From NCBI RefSeq assembly GCF_009914755.1, contig NC_060940.1: a DNA stretch of 64,000 nt. One strand, given 5' to 3'. The stretch's first letter is position 1. Every line of letters begins with the position of its first letter. The DNA comes from the human T2T-CHM13v2.0 reference genome, Homo sapiens. The notes below the pieces were generated by a model. That model saw only the letters and a program-made list of their open reading frames with translations. It was not told the DNA's origin and ran no database searches. The position numbers and the translations under genes are program-made. Positions 40,915 through 53,189 of this stretch are shown one piece after another.

Positions 40915-42199
40915 TAAAAGGAAAACTCATTTCTCTACATTCGCAACACTTCTGAACTAAATATGTGAGTTTTCCACACCAAGCAATTCTATAATATTCT
41001 GCAGACACGAACTGAGTGTCCAGCAAATCAACTCAATTCTGTCACTGACTACCTGGAGTTAGCATTAGACCATACCGGTAAAGGGCTGCCCCCCACTTCA
41101 GGCACCAGTTGAAAGTCCCCAGTGTCCTGGACTAAAATTCAGGGGTTCCCACAACCCCCTCCTTGAGTTTGAAATTCCCACAACCTCCTCCTTGGGTTTG
41201 AAGATTTGTTAGAATGGCTCACAGATCTCAGGGAAACACTTTACTTATGTTTACTGGTTTTGTTAAAGGATATTTTAACAAATACAAATGAATAACCAAA
41301 TGAACGGGTACATAGGGTATGGTCTGAAGGCTTCACTGGGGCTGGGGGGATCCTCTTCCAATATGGCTGACTCACTAGAATGGCTGGGTGATGGTGGCTG
41401 TTGGCAGGAGGTCTCAGTTCCTCACCACATGGACCTCTCTCTAGGGCTGTCTGAGCATCCTCACTGCATGGTGGCTGGTGGCCTCTAGAGTGAGTGATAC
41501 AAGTGATCCAGGAGGAAAGACGGCCAGGCGTGGCTGGTTTTTCCTACCTGGAATTCCTTTTCCCCAATGTTTACTTAATATCATTCTACCTGTACTCAAG
41601 TCTCAACTCATAGAATGTCTTCTCTGTGAAAACTGTCTTCTTTCCCACAGTGCAATCAGTCCCTCACCTGGTGCACATCAGTGTACCAGTTGCACACCCC
41701 ATGGGTGCACACAGCACTTTGTTGGCAAACCCCTCCGCACTCTTTTTCTCACTGTCTTTTAGTGTCATGTTTAGTAGCTCCTGTACCAAGCATGGGAGCT
41801 CTGGTCCCTGGAAATGTGGGGTGTGCCACCCTCCTGGCATGTGAAAGCACTCACCAATCTAGAAGCTCAATTGTTTAGACTTTTATGGAGGCTTCATTAT
41901 ATAGGCATGATTGATTAAATCGTTGGACATTGGTGGTTGACCTCCATCTCCAGCTTCTCTCTTCTCCCAAGAGGTAAGGGGGTGCGGCTGAAAGTTCCAG
42001 CCCTCTAATTACATGGTTGGTTCCTCTGCCAACCAGTCCTCATCCTGAAGCTATCTAGGGGTTTCCAGCCACCAGTCATCTCATTAACACACAAAAAGAC
42101 ACTCAACACTCCAGAGATTTCGAGGGTCTTAGAGCTCCTTCTGTTAGGAACCATGAACAAAGATTTAATATATATTTCTTATTATAGTAAAACACCACA
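40915..42199 (-). mobile_element. MER21 (MER21B-like) LTR carrying a ~440-bp internal insertion
   Basis: ccacaccaagcaattct...ctacctggagttagc and ...tatttcttattatagtaaaacaccaca; interrupted at about 41331-41780. Confidence 0.82.
41331..41769. repeat. Local two-part duplication: forward copy of 38212-38410 plus inverted copy of 37468-37700
   Basis: Direct manual alignment; about 85% identity by hand count in the first part. Confidence 0.9.
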
Positions 42200-42734
42200 G
42201 TGGATGTTCCCTCCCCATACTTCGAGACCCGCCTCTGCACGCTGAAGTCTTCTGAGACTTGCCTATCAGCCCCAGCTCCTCTCTTCCCACTTGCAGACCC
42301 TGAGATAGTCAATGGGGATGATCAGTTCTCATGTCTGTCTTCCTACAGGGTCCACTCTCTACCAGGATGCAATTTGATTTTGCATTACAGTTACAGTCAT
42401 TGTTGATAGCTAGTGTTTGCCCTTCCTTATCTCTGGCTGATATTACAGTATATATATTTGTTTATCTGTTTTCCCCACCACAATATAAGTTCCATGAGGG
42501 CAGAGGATTATTGTATTGTATCCCTTTCTGTCTCCCCAGTGCCTAACACAGCACCTGACACATGATGGATAATCAATAAATATCTATAACTACTTGAATT
42601 ATTGCTCTACTCCATCCCTGGGCCTGGCACAATGTCATAATTACAAAAGCCACCATTTGTTGAGTATCTACTCTACCCTGAAACACTGAGAGCCACTTCA
42701 CACTCATCATCCTCTCTAATCTTTACAGTCGTCT

Positions 42735-43465
42735 TGTAATCACCCAATGGGTTAGATAGAGCTGATTTATCAAGACAGGGAAACTGCAGTAGAGAGAGTC
42801 TAATTCACGCAGAGCTGGCTGAATGAGAGACCAGGGTTTTATTATTACTCAGATCAGCCTCCTCGAAAATTCAGAAGCTAGGGTTTTTCAAGGATGGTTT
42901 GGCAGGCAAGGGAATGGGTGTGGCTGATTGGTTGGGGGGATGCAATCATAGAGGTGTGGAAAATGGTCCTTTACAGATGTTAATTCATTAATTCTCTTGT
43001 GTGTGCTGAGTCCACTTCTGGGTGGGGGCCACAGGACTGATTAGAGGGTCCTGGTGGAGCCATAGGTCATCAGAAATGCAAAGACATGAAAAGGCATCTC
43101 AAAAGGCTAACCTTAGGTTCTGTAAGAGTGATTTTATCTGTAGGAGTAATTGGAGAAGTTGATATCTTGCAACCTCTGGAATAATAGCCAGGAATCATTT
43201 ATGTCTATATCTTAGCAGAATTCAGGTTCCTCTCATCTTCCTAACCTGATGTTCTCTCATTAGCTTTACAAAGGTGATTTAGTTTGGGGAAAGGGCTATT
43301 TTCATTTAAAATATAAACTAAATTTCTCCCAAAATTGTCTTGGCCCAAGCCCAGGTGTGATGAAGGCCAGTCTGAAGGTTAAAGGCAAGATGGGAGTTGG
43401 TTAGATCAGAAATTTTTCACTGCCACAATTTTCTTACTGTCATAATTTTTGCAAAGGTGGTCTCA
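42735..43465 (-). mobile_element. LTR8-family solo LTR (LTR8A/B-like, ERV1)
   Basis: tgtaatcacccaatgggtt...ttttgcaaaggtggtctca; 4-bp TSD GTCT. Confidence 0.88.
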
Positions 43466-43499
43466 GTCTGACTTGCAGCAAGATGTATGCCATTATTTT

Positions 43500-43635
43500 C
43501 TGTACACATATACATGTAAATTATAGTATGTTAATGTGTATATAAATGTTTGCATTAATGTGGTATAGCTTAATTTATAATATTGCATGTATTTTATATA
43601 TACACATACATATGTATGTATATATATAAATATAT
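43500..43635. repeat. TA-rich low complexity
   Basis: Direct reading. Confidence 0.7.
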
Positions 43636-43719
43636 CGGTTACTTGTTAGCACTTACTGGGTGCCAGGCCCTCTTCTAAGAACTTTACAAATATTAATTCA
43701 TTAATTCTTATAGCAGCCC

Positions 43720-44187
43720 TGTAGTGAGTTGAGTGGTGCCTCCCCACTACCCCCCCAAAAAAGATATATTTAAGTCCTAACCTCTGAAACTTGCAAATGT
43801 GACCTTATTTGGAAAAAGGGTCTTGAAAAATGTAATTAAGTTAAAGATCTTGAGATAAGATCCCCCTGGATTACCCAGGTGGGCCCTAAATCCAATGACA
43901 AGTGTCCTTATGAAAAACAGAGGAAAACAGACACAGGGAGGAGAAGGCAATAGGAGACACAGGCAGAGATGGGAGAGGTGTAGCCACAAGCCAGGGACTC
44001 CTGAAGCCACCAGAAGCAGAAAGAGGCAATGCAGGATTCTCCCTGAGAGACTGCAGAGGGAATACAGCCCTGCCGACACCTTGATTTCAAACTTTGGGTC
44101 TCTGGAACTCTGAGAGAATACATTTATGTTGCTTTATGCCACCTGGCTTGTGGCAATTTGTTATGGCAGGGCTGGGAAACTGATACA
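43720..44187 (+). mobile_element. MLT1C MaLR LTR inserted in a MIR
   Basis: tgtagtgagttgagtgg...gtgaccttatttggaaaaagggtc...ggaaactgataca; MIR halves at 43635-43719 and 44188-44340. Confidence 0.88.
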
Positions 44188-45759
44188 GCCCTATTAGCTA
44201 AGTCCTATTATTTAGCCCCATTTTACAGATGAAGAAATTGAGGCACAGGGACAGATAAAGTAACTTACCCAAAGCCACACCGCTAGTAGGGGGCAGAGCC
44301 CACATTCAAATTCACAGTCAGTGCTCTTAACCATGACGCCCAGAAGACAGAGGTTATGTGACGTGGCCACTGCCCCATGGCCAGCCAATGGCACAACTAG
44401 GATATGAACCAAGGACACCCTGACTGCAGAACACACCAGATTGCACTGTGGCTGCAATACCACATAGCTCTCCAGTCCCCCACTGCAGGGTCCACGTTGA
44501 GGCCCTTACACAAACCTGCCCCTTTCACAGAGTGGTTGTCAGGCAGAGCAGCCAGTCTGTGCCCTGCGGCTCTCTCCAAATAGGAGCACCCTCCAGGTCA
44601 GACTGGGCCCCCGGTGGTACTACAAAAGACCGTGATTTATACAGTGCAATCCGGTACCTCCTTGCTTCATCTTCCCACAATTAAGCAGGGCTCGCTGGTG
44701 ACAAACGGCCCCCACTCCCACGGCCTCACTTCTCCCGGGGACCCTGCTCTCCTCTGCAGGCCCTGGAGCTCATTCATCCTTTCGGGCTGCCCAGATTGGA
44801 GTGGATAAATCAAGCTAGCTTGAGAACCGATTGCAAGGTCATCACTCAGAGGAGAGAGCAATGGCCTGGAGTTGCCGAACTTCATATTTTATTGGAACAG
44901 CTAGAAGTGCTGGGCCACTGACCCCCTCCCCTCGAGAGAAGTATGGCTTCCAATCTGGCACCACAGGTGACCTGCCAGGAGCAGGGGGCCACCTCCCTTA
45001 GTCTCTACAGGACTTGGTGTTCAGCTCTTACTGGGGATCCATGGACACAGGGGTAGGAGGGTGGCCCCAGAGCTTGAGTGGGTCCAACTCTCTGCCCACC
45101 CCACCCTCTCCTAAAGCTTCCCCAAAGCCCTCTGGCTTTCCTGTCTCTGAGAATACAGTTTAGCACAGCCCAGGGGTGGGGCAGGGGTGACACCAGCCTT
45201 AAATCATCATTTGGAATGTGACATTTACAGTCAGGCAGATTTATGGTTGAGTCTGGGCTCCATCACTTCCTAGTATTTTGTGACTATGGGCAAGTTACTT
45301 AGCCATTGTCAGCCTCAGCTTCCTCAACTTTGAGATGGGTCATGAGGATTAAATGAGATAACACATGTAGAGGGCTTGGCTCAGGAAGCATTTCACCCGA
45401 GGTCCCCGCTTTAAAAAAAAAAACTTTCTTGGAACACCTGTTAAGTTTCTAGGACACTTGGAAGAATAGGAGATGCTATAAAATAGGCCTGAGCAAGGTG
45501 GGGACTCAGCCTCTCCCCACACAAGGGTTTTGGGACCACCAAGCCTTCTTTGGGGTTCTTGAGGTCAATCAAGGCTGCCCTTTAGTGGGGGATGAGCAGA
45601 GTGGCCATCACTCCCTCTGCTCCCTTCCAGCCCCTTGAGCCTCTGATTTCCTCCCACGGCTGGGTCTCAGTGGGGTGAACAGGCAGCCTCACAATCACTT
45701 GTTCCTTGTACGAAAATATGATCCCATTTATTCAGTGCAAAGTGCTCACCCTGCTATCT

Positions 45760-46430
45760 ATGTTAGGATTGGGTTCTGCTACATAAAATCAAAATCTGAT
45801 CCATGATGGCTTGAATCATTGGTTCTCAAAGCGTGACACCCAGACCTGCAGCAGCAGCATTACCTGGGAAAATGTTAGACATGAAATTCTCAGGCTGTGC
45901 TCCAGGCTGACTGGATGAGAATATCTGAAGATGGGGCCCAACAATCTGTATTTTAGCAAGTGCACCTGGTGATTCTAATGCATGCTAAAGTTTGAGAACC
46001 AATGCCTTAAATAAAAATTAGTGATTACTTCTCTATTCCTCAGAAAAAGCCCAGGAGTAGACAGCCCAGGGCCAGTGTGAGAGCTCCATCTTTTATTTCC
46101 ACTATCTTCAGCCGGTGGATCTACTCTCAAGGTTGCTTCACGTTCCAAGATGGCCGTTGGAGCTCCAGCCATCATGTGTGCACTCCAGGCAAGAAGGAGG
46201 AGCAAAGGAGGAAGGAAAGACAGTAGATTTGTCTCTCAGTTGAGGCAGGCTTCTATAACATGCCTGGAAACTCCACCATCACCATCAATAGCTTCCATCC
46301 ACATCTCATGGGTCATCCTTAGCTGTGAGGATGGCCAGAAATGTATTATTTTATCTAAGCGCTTTACTGCTCAAATAAAGAATCATAAGTCTGTAGGTAA
46401 AGAGGAAGGACAGAATGCACATTGGGTCGG
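45760..46430 (-). mobile_element. Old MaLR LTR (MLT1J/K-like) interrupted by MER5A
   Basis: ccaagatggccgttggagctccagccatcatg...ccaggcaagaagga. Confidence 0.65.
45817..46004 (+). mobile_element. MER5A (hAT-Charlie)
   Basis: TIRs cattggttctcaaa / tttgagaaccaatg; about 188 bp; imperfect 8-bp TSD. Confidence 0.9.
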
Positions 46431-48259
46431 GATCCAACTTCTTCTCCCACCCACCCCCGCACACACTCTCTTCTAATTCCACCAACCATCCTCACAGGTA
46501 AATGTGAATATCTCCCCACTTTACAAATGAGGAAAATGGCCTGCAGAAAGATCAAGGTCATGTAGCTAGAAAGAGCTAATTGGCTTAGGCTGAACTGCCT
46601 GATTTTCTTACCCCCTACCCCAGCCTTGTTCTTTACCCACAGAGATGGCCTGGGGGTGGGCATGGTCTTATGTAACTTCTCCTCTCCTCCAGACCCCAAA
46701 GAGGTGCCTACCCTTTGCATGGAGCCAGAAAGGTTTTGGGGCCTGATTCGGGGTGGAGGATGGGAAGGAGAGAGGGGAGGGGTCAGGCCCTCTCCAGAGC
46801 CCAGACAGCCTCTTCTCTTTCCAGAGGTAAATAGTGAAACTTAATTAGCAGGCGGTGCGTGCCAGGCAAGTAATCCACAGGCTTTCTGAGGCATCTGTTT
46901 CCACGTGCTCAGGGGAATGTCACCAGCTCCCCTCCACCTGGGCACCGAAGCTGACGGCTGCGCAGACTCCGATGAGGCTTGCTCAGTGGGAGGGGGCCAG
47001 GGGTACCCCTTCCTCTTCCAGGCTGTGTCTAGTGAATCTCTCCAACCCAGTTGCTTTAGGCAGCCCAAGGTGTGACTTCAGACAATATGGCAATTCAGGG
47101 CGCTCACAGCAGAGGCTTCTGTCCTTATCACATACGTAGTCACCAAAGTATTTCAAGAAAACATTTCAGAACTGAGGGTTTGGTCGAGTGTGGGGCGGCG
47201 GGCCGGCGGAGAAAGAAAATGGGTTAAGAAACAGGGGGAACAAATTAGCGCCTCCATTTAGGTGGAGGGCAGAGGGGGCCTAAGAGATGGGAGCTGTGAT
47301 CTCAGAGCACCAGGAAGGGCCCTGCTCTCCTCCTGTGAGAGTTCCCTCCCTCCCTCTCGGCCTTCACTGATATGCTGACTTTTGCAATTCATTCCTGCGG
47401 GTTAAGCATCGTCCCAGTCCCAATCCCCAATCCTGGTCAGAGCAGCACATCAGATTCCCAGAGATTCATTCAGAAGCGAGACTGGGGTCTCTTTTCTCCA
47501 CAGGAAGGCTTGAGCCCCAGAGTTTGTGGAAGGAAGGACACAAAGAAAGCCAGAAGACTCCTGAGATGGGAGGGATATCAGGAACTTGAGTGAACAAAGG
47601 GAGGACTACATCTCAATTGCCCTCTGACCTTACCAGCTCTGACCCTGCCCAGAACTTACTGTCTCTGGGTCTCAGTTTCCACCTCTGCAAACAAATGGAG
47701 ATGGCCCTAATCATGCCTCTTGACTCTTCTAAGCTTTGGCTACCTGCTTTTACCCAAGGCCTGCCCTGAAAACGGAGATAGAAGTGTCTCCCAGCTGCAT
47801 CTTCCCTGGTGCTTCAGCCTAGGCAGTGAGGACGTTGGGGCTTAGAAGGGAAGTGGCTGGACCAGCAGAACCTTGGATGGAGGCTTTCTGCTTCTCTGGG
47901 CAGCTGTAGAAAGCCTAGCAGGGATTGAAAGCTGGTTGGGCTCCAGTACCTGGCGGGGCCCAGGGTCTCTTCCCTGCAGGTATTTGCCCCACCTCTTCCC
48001 TCCCACACTGGACTCAGAAGCCCAGTGGGAGCCCAGCCTAGGCACAGCCAATCAGGTGCAGCAGCTTCTACCCTAACCCATGGCCCTTCCATGCAGTCCA
48101 TCATAAGCCAAGCCCCCCAGGGAATGCCACTGCTCTGAGTCCAAGCCTCAGGGTGAATGTCAACCCTTACCTGCCTGAGAAGACTCCTTGGCCTGATCCT
48201 GCTTCCTCTCCCTGCTACTCTACTTCAAATTTTCTGCTTTTCCACACCAGCTGCCCAGA

Positions 48260-48862
48260 ATGGTAGATATAATTCTAAGCTGCCCCGACCCCCAAGATTC
48301 CTGACCCATGGTTAATCAAATATGAATCTAGGTGTTGAGGTGAAGGGAACACCTACCCTTTGCATGGAGCCAGAAGGGTTTTGGGAACATCAATTTTTTG
48401 CAGGTAAAATTAAAGTCCCAAATCAGTTGATCTTCAGATACAGAGATTGTCTGGGCAACTCTAACCTGATCATGGAAACCCTTTAAAGCAGAGAGTTTTC
48501 TTCCACTGAATGGACAAGGGAAAGTCAGATAGACTCAGGCTATGGAGAAGGTAAACACCCAGGCTGTGCACTGCTGATGGAAAGGACAACCTCTTGGGGC
48601 TGAAGGCAGGAAACTGGGGACCTCAATCCCACAGCCACAAGGAAATGAATTTTGTCAATAACCAGAGAGCTTGGAAGAGTACCCTGAGCCCCAGGTGAGA
48701 GCTGTGGTCCCAGCCAACAACTTGATTTCAGCTGGTGAGACCCTGGGCAGAGAATAAGGTCATGCTGTGTCAGACTGACCTACAGACCTGTGAGCTAATA
48801 CATGGGTGTTTCAATCTGCTCTGTTTGCAGCAATTTGTTACACAGCAAATGAAAAGCCTACC
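48260..48862 (+). mobile_element. MLT1E-like MaLR LTR with a short internal insertion
   Basis: aattctaag...ccccaagattcc; gtgaaggga[insert]ttttgcaggtaaaattaaagtccc; ends aatttgttacacagcaaatgaaaa. Confidence 0.8.
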
Positions 48863-50419
48863 CTCTCCCTGGGGCCCCCCTTCCTCTTCACACAGGCCCT
48901 GCCCTTCTTGGCCTTGAGCCTCTACCCAGAATAAACCCCAATCTCCACCTCCACATCCACTCAACTTTTAGGAGGGCTCAAATCAAATGCCACCATTCCT
49001 GTGAATTTCCCCCAGAGCCCATCATCTCCAAGCGGAAATCTCTCTCCAGCCATTTTCATCTCCTCTGCACAGCCTATGCCCAATTTCATAGTCATGCTGG
49101 ATAGATTAGCTTTGTTGAGACACAACACACCTTTCAACAGTTCTGGGTTTTGCACATGCTGTTCTCGCTGTCTGCTCCCACCCCTGGGGCCAAATGAGGT
49201 GAAACCCTTCAGAATCCTCATCACCTCCTCACTGAAGCCTTCCCTACATGTGGGAAGTGACTGTCACCCCTGGGACTTCATCATATTTTGTATCTCCTAC
49301 TATAGTCATTTCCCCTTCTCTTGGGATGATTTGTCTACCTCCTGCTGGAGGGTAGGCACAGGAAGCCTTGTGCCATTTTTCTTTCTGGGCTGGATGCAGA
49401 GCCTGCACTGCCATTAGCGACCCAGTAAGTGGCCAAATGAGTGAAGAAATTTTTGCCCCACCCAACCAGCTTCCCTGGCACATGTGTACCCAATTCTTGG
49501 GGCCTGGATTAGGATGTGACAATGAAATATCCCCAATCCCTTATTATAATAGTTAGCTACAGATCAGATTCTCACGGGCCTCCCCTTGTCAGGCCTAATG
49601 GAGAAGAAAAACAGCTCCCATCAAGCTGTAGGGAGGCTGTGGCAGGAAGAGAGCCCCGAGGAGGTGGCTTTTCTTTCTCTCCCTGGGATTGGTCATGGTG
49701 CTGGTGCTCTGCTTGAAGACAAGCCTTGGGATTCACCTGCCTCTCTTTCCCAGACACCAGGACTGCCCACCTGAGGTCTGCAGGAACTGATGATCTTCTC
49801 AGCCAAATCTGGGCATTCAGGCAGGATTAGAGCTGCTATTCTATAAGAACCTAACCCTAGGGATGCCTGGCCCACTGAGAAGGCATGGCTGGAGGGACGT
49901 TAGGTCCCCTGAGGGACAGTGTCTCCAGGTGATGTGCTTTCTGAGGACTGCTGAGGCCAGAAACCATCAGCTATGGCAGGAGCTGAAAGCTCCTCTCTGG
50001 AGGCACAATGACCCCTTGGGTTTGACGCATACACAGCCCAGGGTCACCTAGTCCTCTGCAGTGTGAAGAGGGGGCTCTGCCCAGTATTGACCAAGAGACT
50101 GGGGAAAACCACTTAACTTCTCTGAGGCTCAGGGTCATTGAGAGGAATAAATAAGGCAATGCATGAAAAGGGTAAGCACATGCTTGACATATTGGAAGTA
50201 CTTAATAAATATTAGCTATTATTACTATTCTGGTGGTGTCCCTTCCATCTCTGCTTCAGGGTTCTGGCATATCCCAATCCATCTCTAACAATAGGTTCAG
50301 AATTGACTTCTCCATACCCTGTTAAGCACTCATGCGTTCTCCTAGAAACGATGATGATTCCGAGATGTGGAGAGAGAGGGGTGTGGGGCAAAGGAATTTC
50401 CAGCTCACCTAATATCCAT

Positions 50420-50755
50420 GTGTTTCCTCAAATTTTCCAGATGTCTTGCAATAAGTATGGCTGTATGATTTGTTCTGGCCAGTGGGCTGTGAGCAGAAGT
50501 GGTGAGTAGTACTCCTAAGCCAAAGCATTTAAATACTGATTTAACCTTCCAGTTGTCTCTTCAGTGGTCATGGAGGCCATGTGTTGAGATAAGGGAAGCT
50601 GCCTGGATCACTAAGTCACTGCATGGAGACCAGATGGCCTGAAGAGCTGCTCCACTTGCACAGGATTTTTTATGGGTGACAAATGAACTCCTGTTGGATT
50701 GAGACATGGTTATTTTGTTATTGCAACATAGCCTACCTAATGCTGATTAATACAG
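50420..50755 (+). mobile_element. MLT1I/J-like MaLR LTR
   Basis: ttgttctggccagtgggctgtgagcagaagtg...gctgattaataca. Confidence 0.6.
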
Positions 50756-51465
50756 ACTGGTTGAACTATTTGACCCCAAATATGATTAGCCCCAGACTCA
50801 CTGGGTAGCCAGATGAGCAGGGTATTTTTTTAGCATACTAATACACTGAAAGAATGCTTTACTAGAAAGATTGTTAAGAAGAGCCAAATTTGTCTTAAAT
50901 AGAGCCTGTCTACCACCAGGTTCCAAGGATGGCCCAGGAATAATGCCACCAGGGAAGGACCAGGATCCTGTGGGAGGAGGGAGTGAAGTAGGTCCACTAA
51001 TTACCATTCCCAAGGGAAGACTCTCACTGCATGGAGGACAGTGAGATCATCACCATGCCAACCACCAAGAATAGGAGTCTGAATGCTTCCACCCACTGCA
51101 TTCTGGTTAAGCTTTACCAATTGCCTTAGTCCAGGGGGACAGAACATAGTCACACAAGTTATATGAAGTGGATTTATTGTTTATAGATAGACCGCAAGGA
51201 AAAAGGAAGCTTATAATCCATTGTAAGCAGATACTCCAAGTCTCAAGAAATTGTGGTGGTTGAAAGATGAAGGATGAAAGGTAGGACCCTGAAGGCAACC
51301 TGCCCTAGGTTATATACTTCAGGAAAACATGACTTACTGGGAAAAGTTTTGAAAGACATTCTGTTTCCAGGGGCAAGAGGAACAAAGGCTGGGCTGTCCT
51401 GCACAGTTCCTTCCCAATGCAGGATATTATAGTCTCTAGGAGGAACAGGAACAGGGCCTGGGCGG

Positions 51466-51842
51466 TTAAATTAGTCCATTTTCACACTGCTATAAACCTA
51501 CTACCTGAGACTGGGTAATTTTTAAAGGAAAGACGTTTAAGTGACTCACAGTTCTGCCTGGATGGGGAGGCCTCAAGAAACTTAAAATCATGGTGGAAGG
51601 GGAAGCAGGTAAGTCTTATATGGTGGCAGGTGAGAGAGAGGGTGTAAAGGAGGAACTGTCAAACACTTATAAAACCATCAGATCTTGTGAGAACTCACTC
51701 ACTATTATGAGAACAGCATGGAGGAAACTGTCCCCATGATCCAATCACCTCCCACCAGGGCTCTCCCTTGACACACATGAGGATTATGGGGATTACAATT
51801 CAAGATGAGATTTGGGTGGGGACATAGAGCCAAACCACATCA
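51466..51842 (-). mobile_element. THE1 (THE1D-like) solo LTR nested in an older LTR
   Basis: ttagtccattttcacactgctataaa...gagatttgggtggggacatagagccaaaccacatca. Confidence 0.9.
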
Positions 51843-52519
51843 GCTGTCCCAAGTAGATCCTACGTATCTCAGGATATTGCATTCCCAGCATATTCTATGG
51901 TTATTCTGAGAACTATGAGAAGGAAAGAAAGAAAGGGAAAGGGGGAGAAACTGGGTTGGCCAAGGATATTTGGGGAATGTCCAGTGAAAAATTTGGAATT
52001 TGGACAAAAAGAAGGAGAACAGAGAGAGCAGAAGCAGCCAAACAGCCATCTCAGGGGACTTTGTGTGGCATGAAGGACCTCTCTAAGAGTAGGAATGGCA
52101 GTGAGTGCTTTCTACCATCTTTAGTCTTGGGTGAGTTTGCAAATAGCTTGTAAGACTACAATGCCTCTGCTCTCCTCTCCTACTCACTATGGTGGGCAAG
52201 ATGGAGAATTCATACAAGGTTGGCTGCCTGCTGTCTTCTAAAGAGCATGATCTATCTTTAGAGTCTGAGAAGAGGAGAAGAAAGAAACACAGTCTGCAGC
52301 TGCCATTCTGCCTCGTTAAGTCCTGTTAGCAGGGGGCCCTCAGGACCTGGTCCTGGCATTCAGGCCAGGTCCCTCCCTGAAGCCAGGAGGCGAGCTCTCC
52401 ACCATGGCCACCAGCCAAGCACAGCTCATTTGCTTCAGAACCTTAACAACAAACACACAAAACCCCAAACCCAAGGGCCTCTGTCTCCTTCTTCCCATGG
52501 GTGTTGAGGGGGGTGTAGG

Positions 52520-52930
52520 AAGGGTCTGAGGTTATTGAAATGCTATTTTAAACAATAAGTCAATGTTAACCAAAACCTTGAGGCTGATTAAACACGACCT
52601 TTGGGCCACGGTGCTCTGGCTCAGAAAGGCAAACAGCTTCTACCATCTCAGCAGCTCCAGGCTTGTTTATTGGTTTGAAAGCCCTTACGGGGCCCACCAG
52701 GCTGAGGGGTGAGGAGGGGAAACTTTAATATCTAAAGGGAGAGATCAAAAGCAGTTGACATTTCTGGCAGAGAGCAAGCATGTATGTATCTTTATATGTA
52801 TAATGTTATAGCTCAGCAGAAAGAAAAAGGCATTTCTTCTCTGGGTTAAATCAAATCAGGCCACATGTTCTTGATCTCGACTGTGTTGTCTTATAATCCA
52901 ACCAAATTTAACTGACATTGAGCATTTTTC
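52520..52930. promoter_or_regulatory. Candidate enhancer
   Basis: AACAAT, TGATTAA, TGTTTATTG and TGACA motifs in unique sequence. Confidence 0.3.
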
Positions 52931-53189
52931 ATCTAAGCAGTTAACATGAAAATTTGGCCCAAATTACTTTCTGTACATTCTGAACATGAATTTGGTTCAA
53001 TCATCAGAAATGATGGGAAAGGCCCCTCCCTGCATCCCTCCAGGCAGCCAAAGGAGCGGCTTGTGGGTCAGGCTGCCAGCTCTTCAGGGTCCTCTTTGCT
53101 GATGGAGTTGATGGGGAAGAACACCTTCACATCTGGTCATACGATGTCCACATCTGATCCTGGGGCCCTGGATTTGTTCCGGGCCACCC

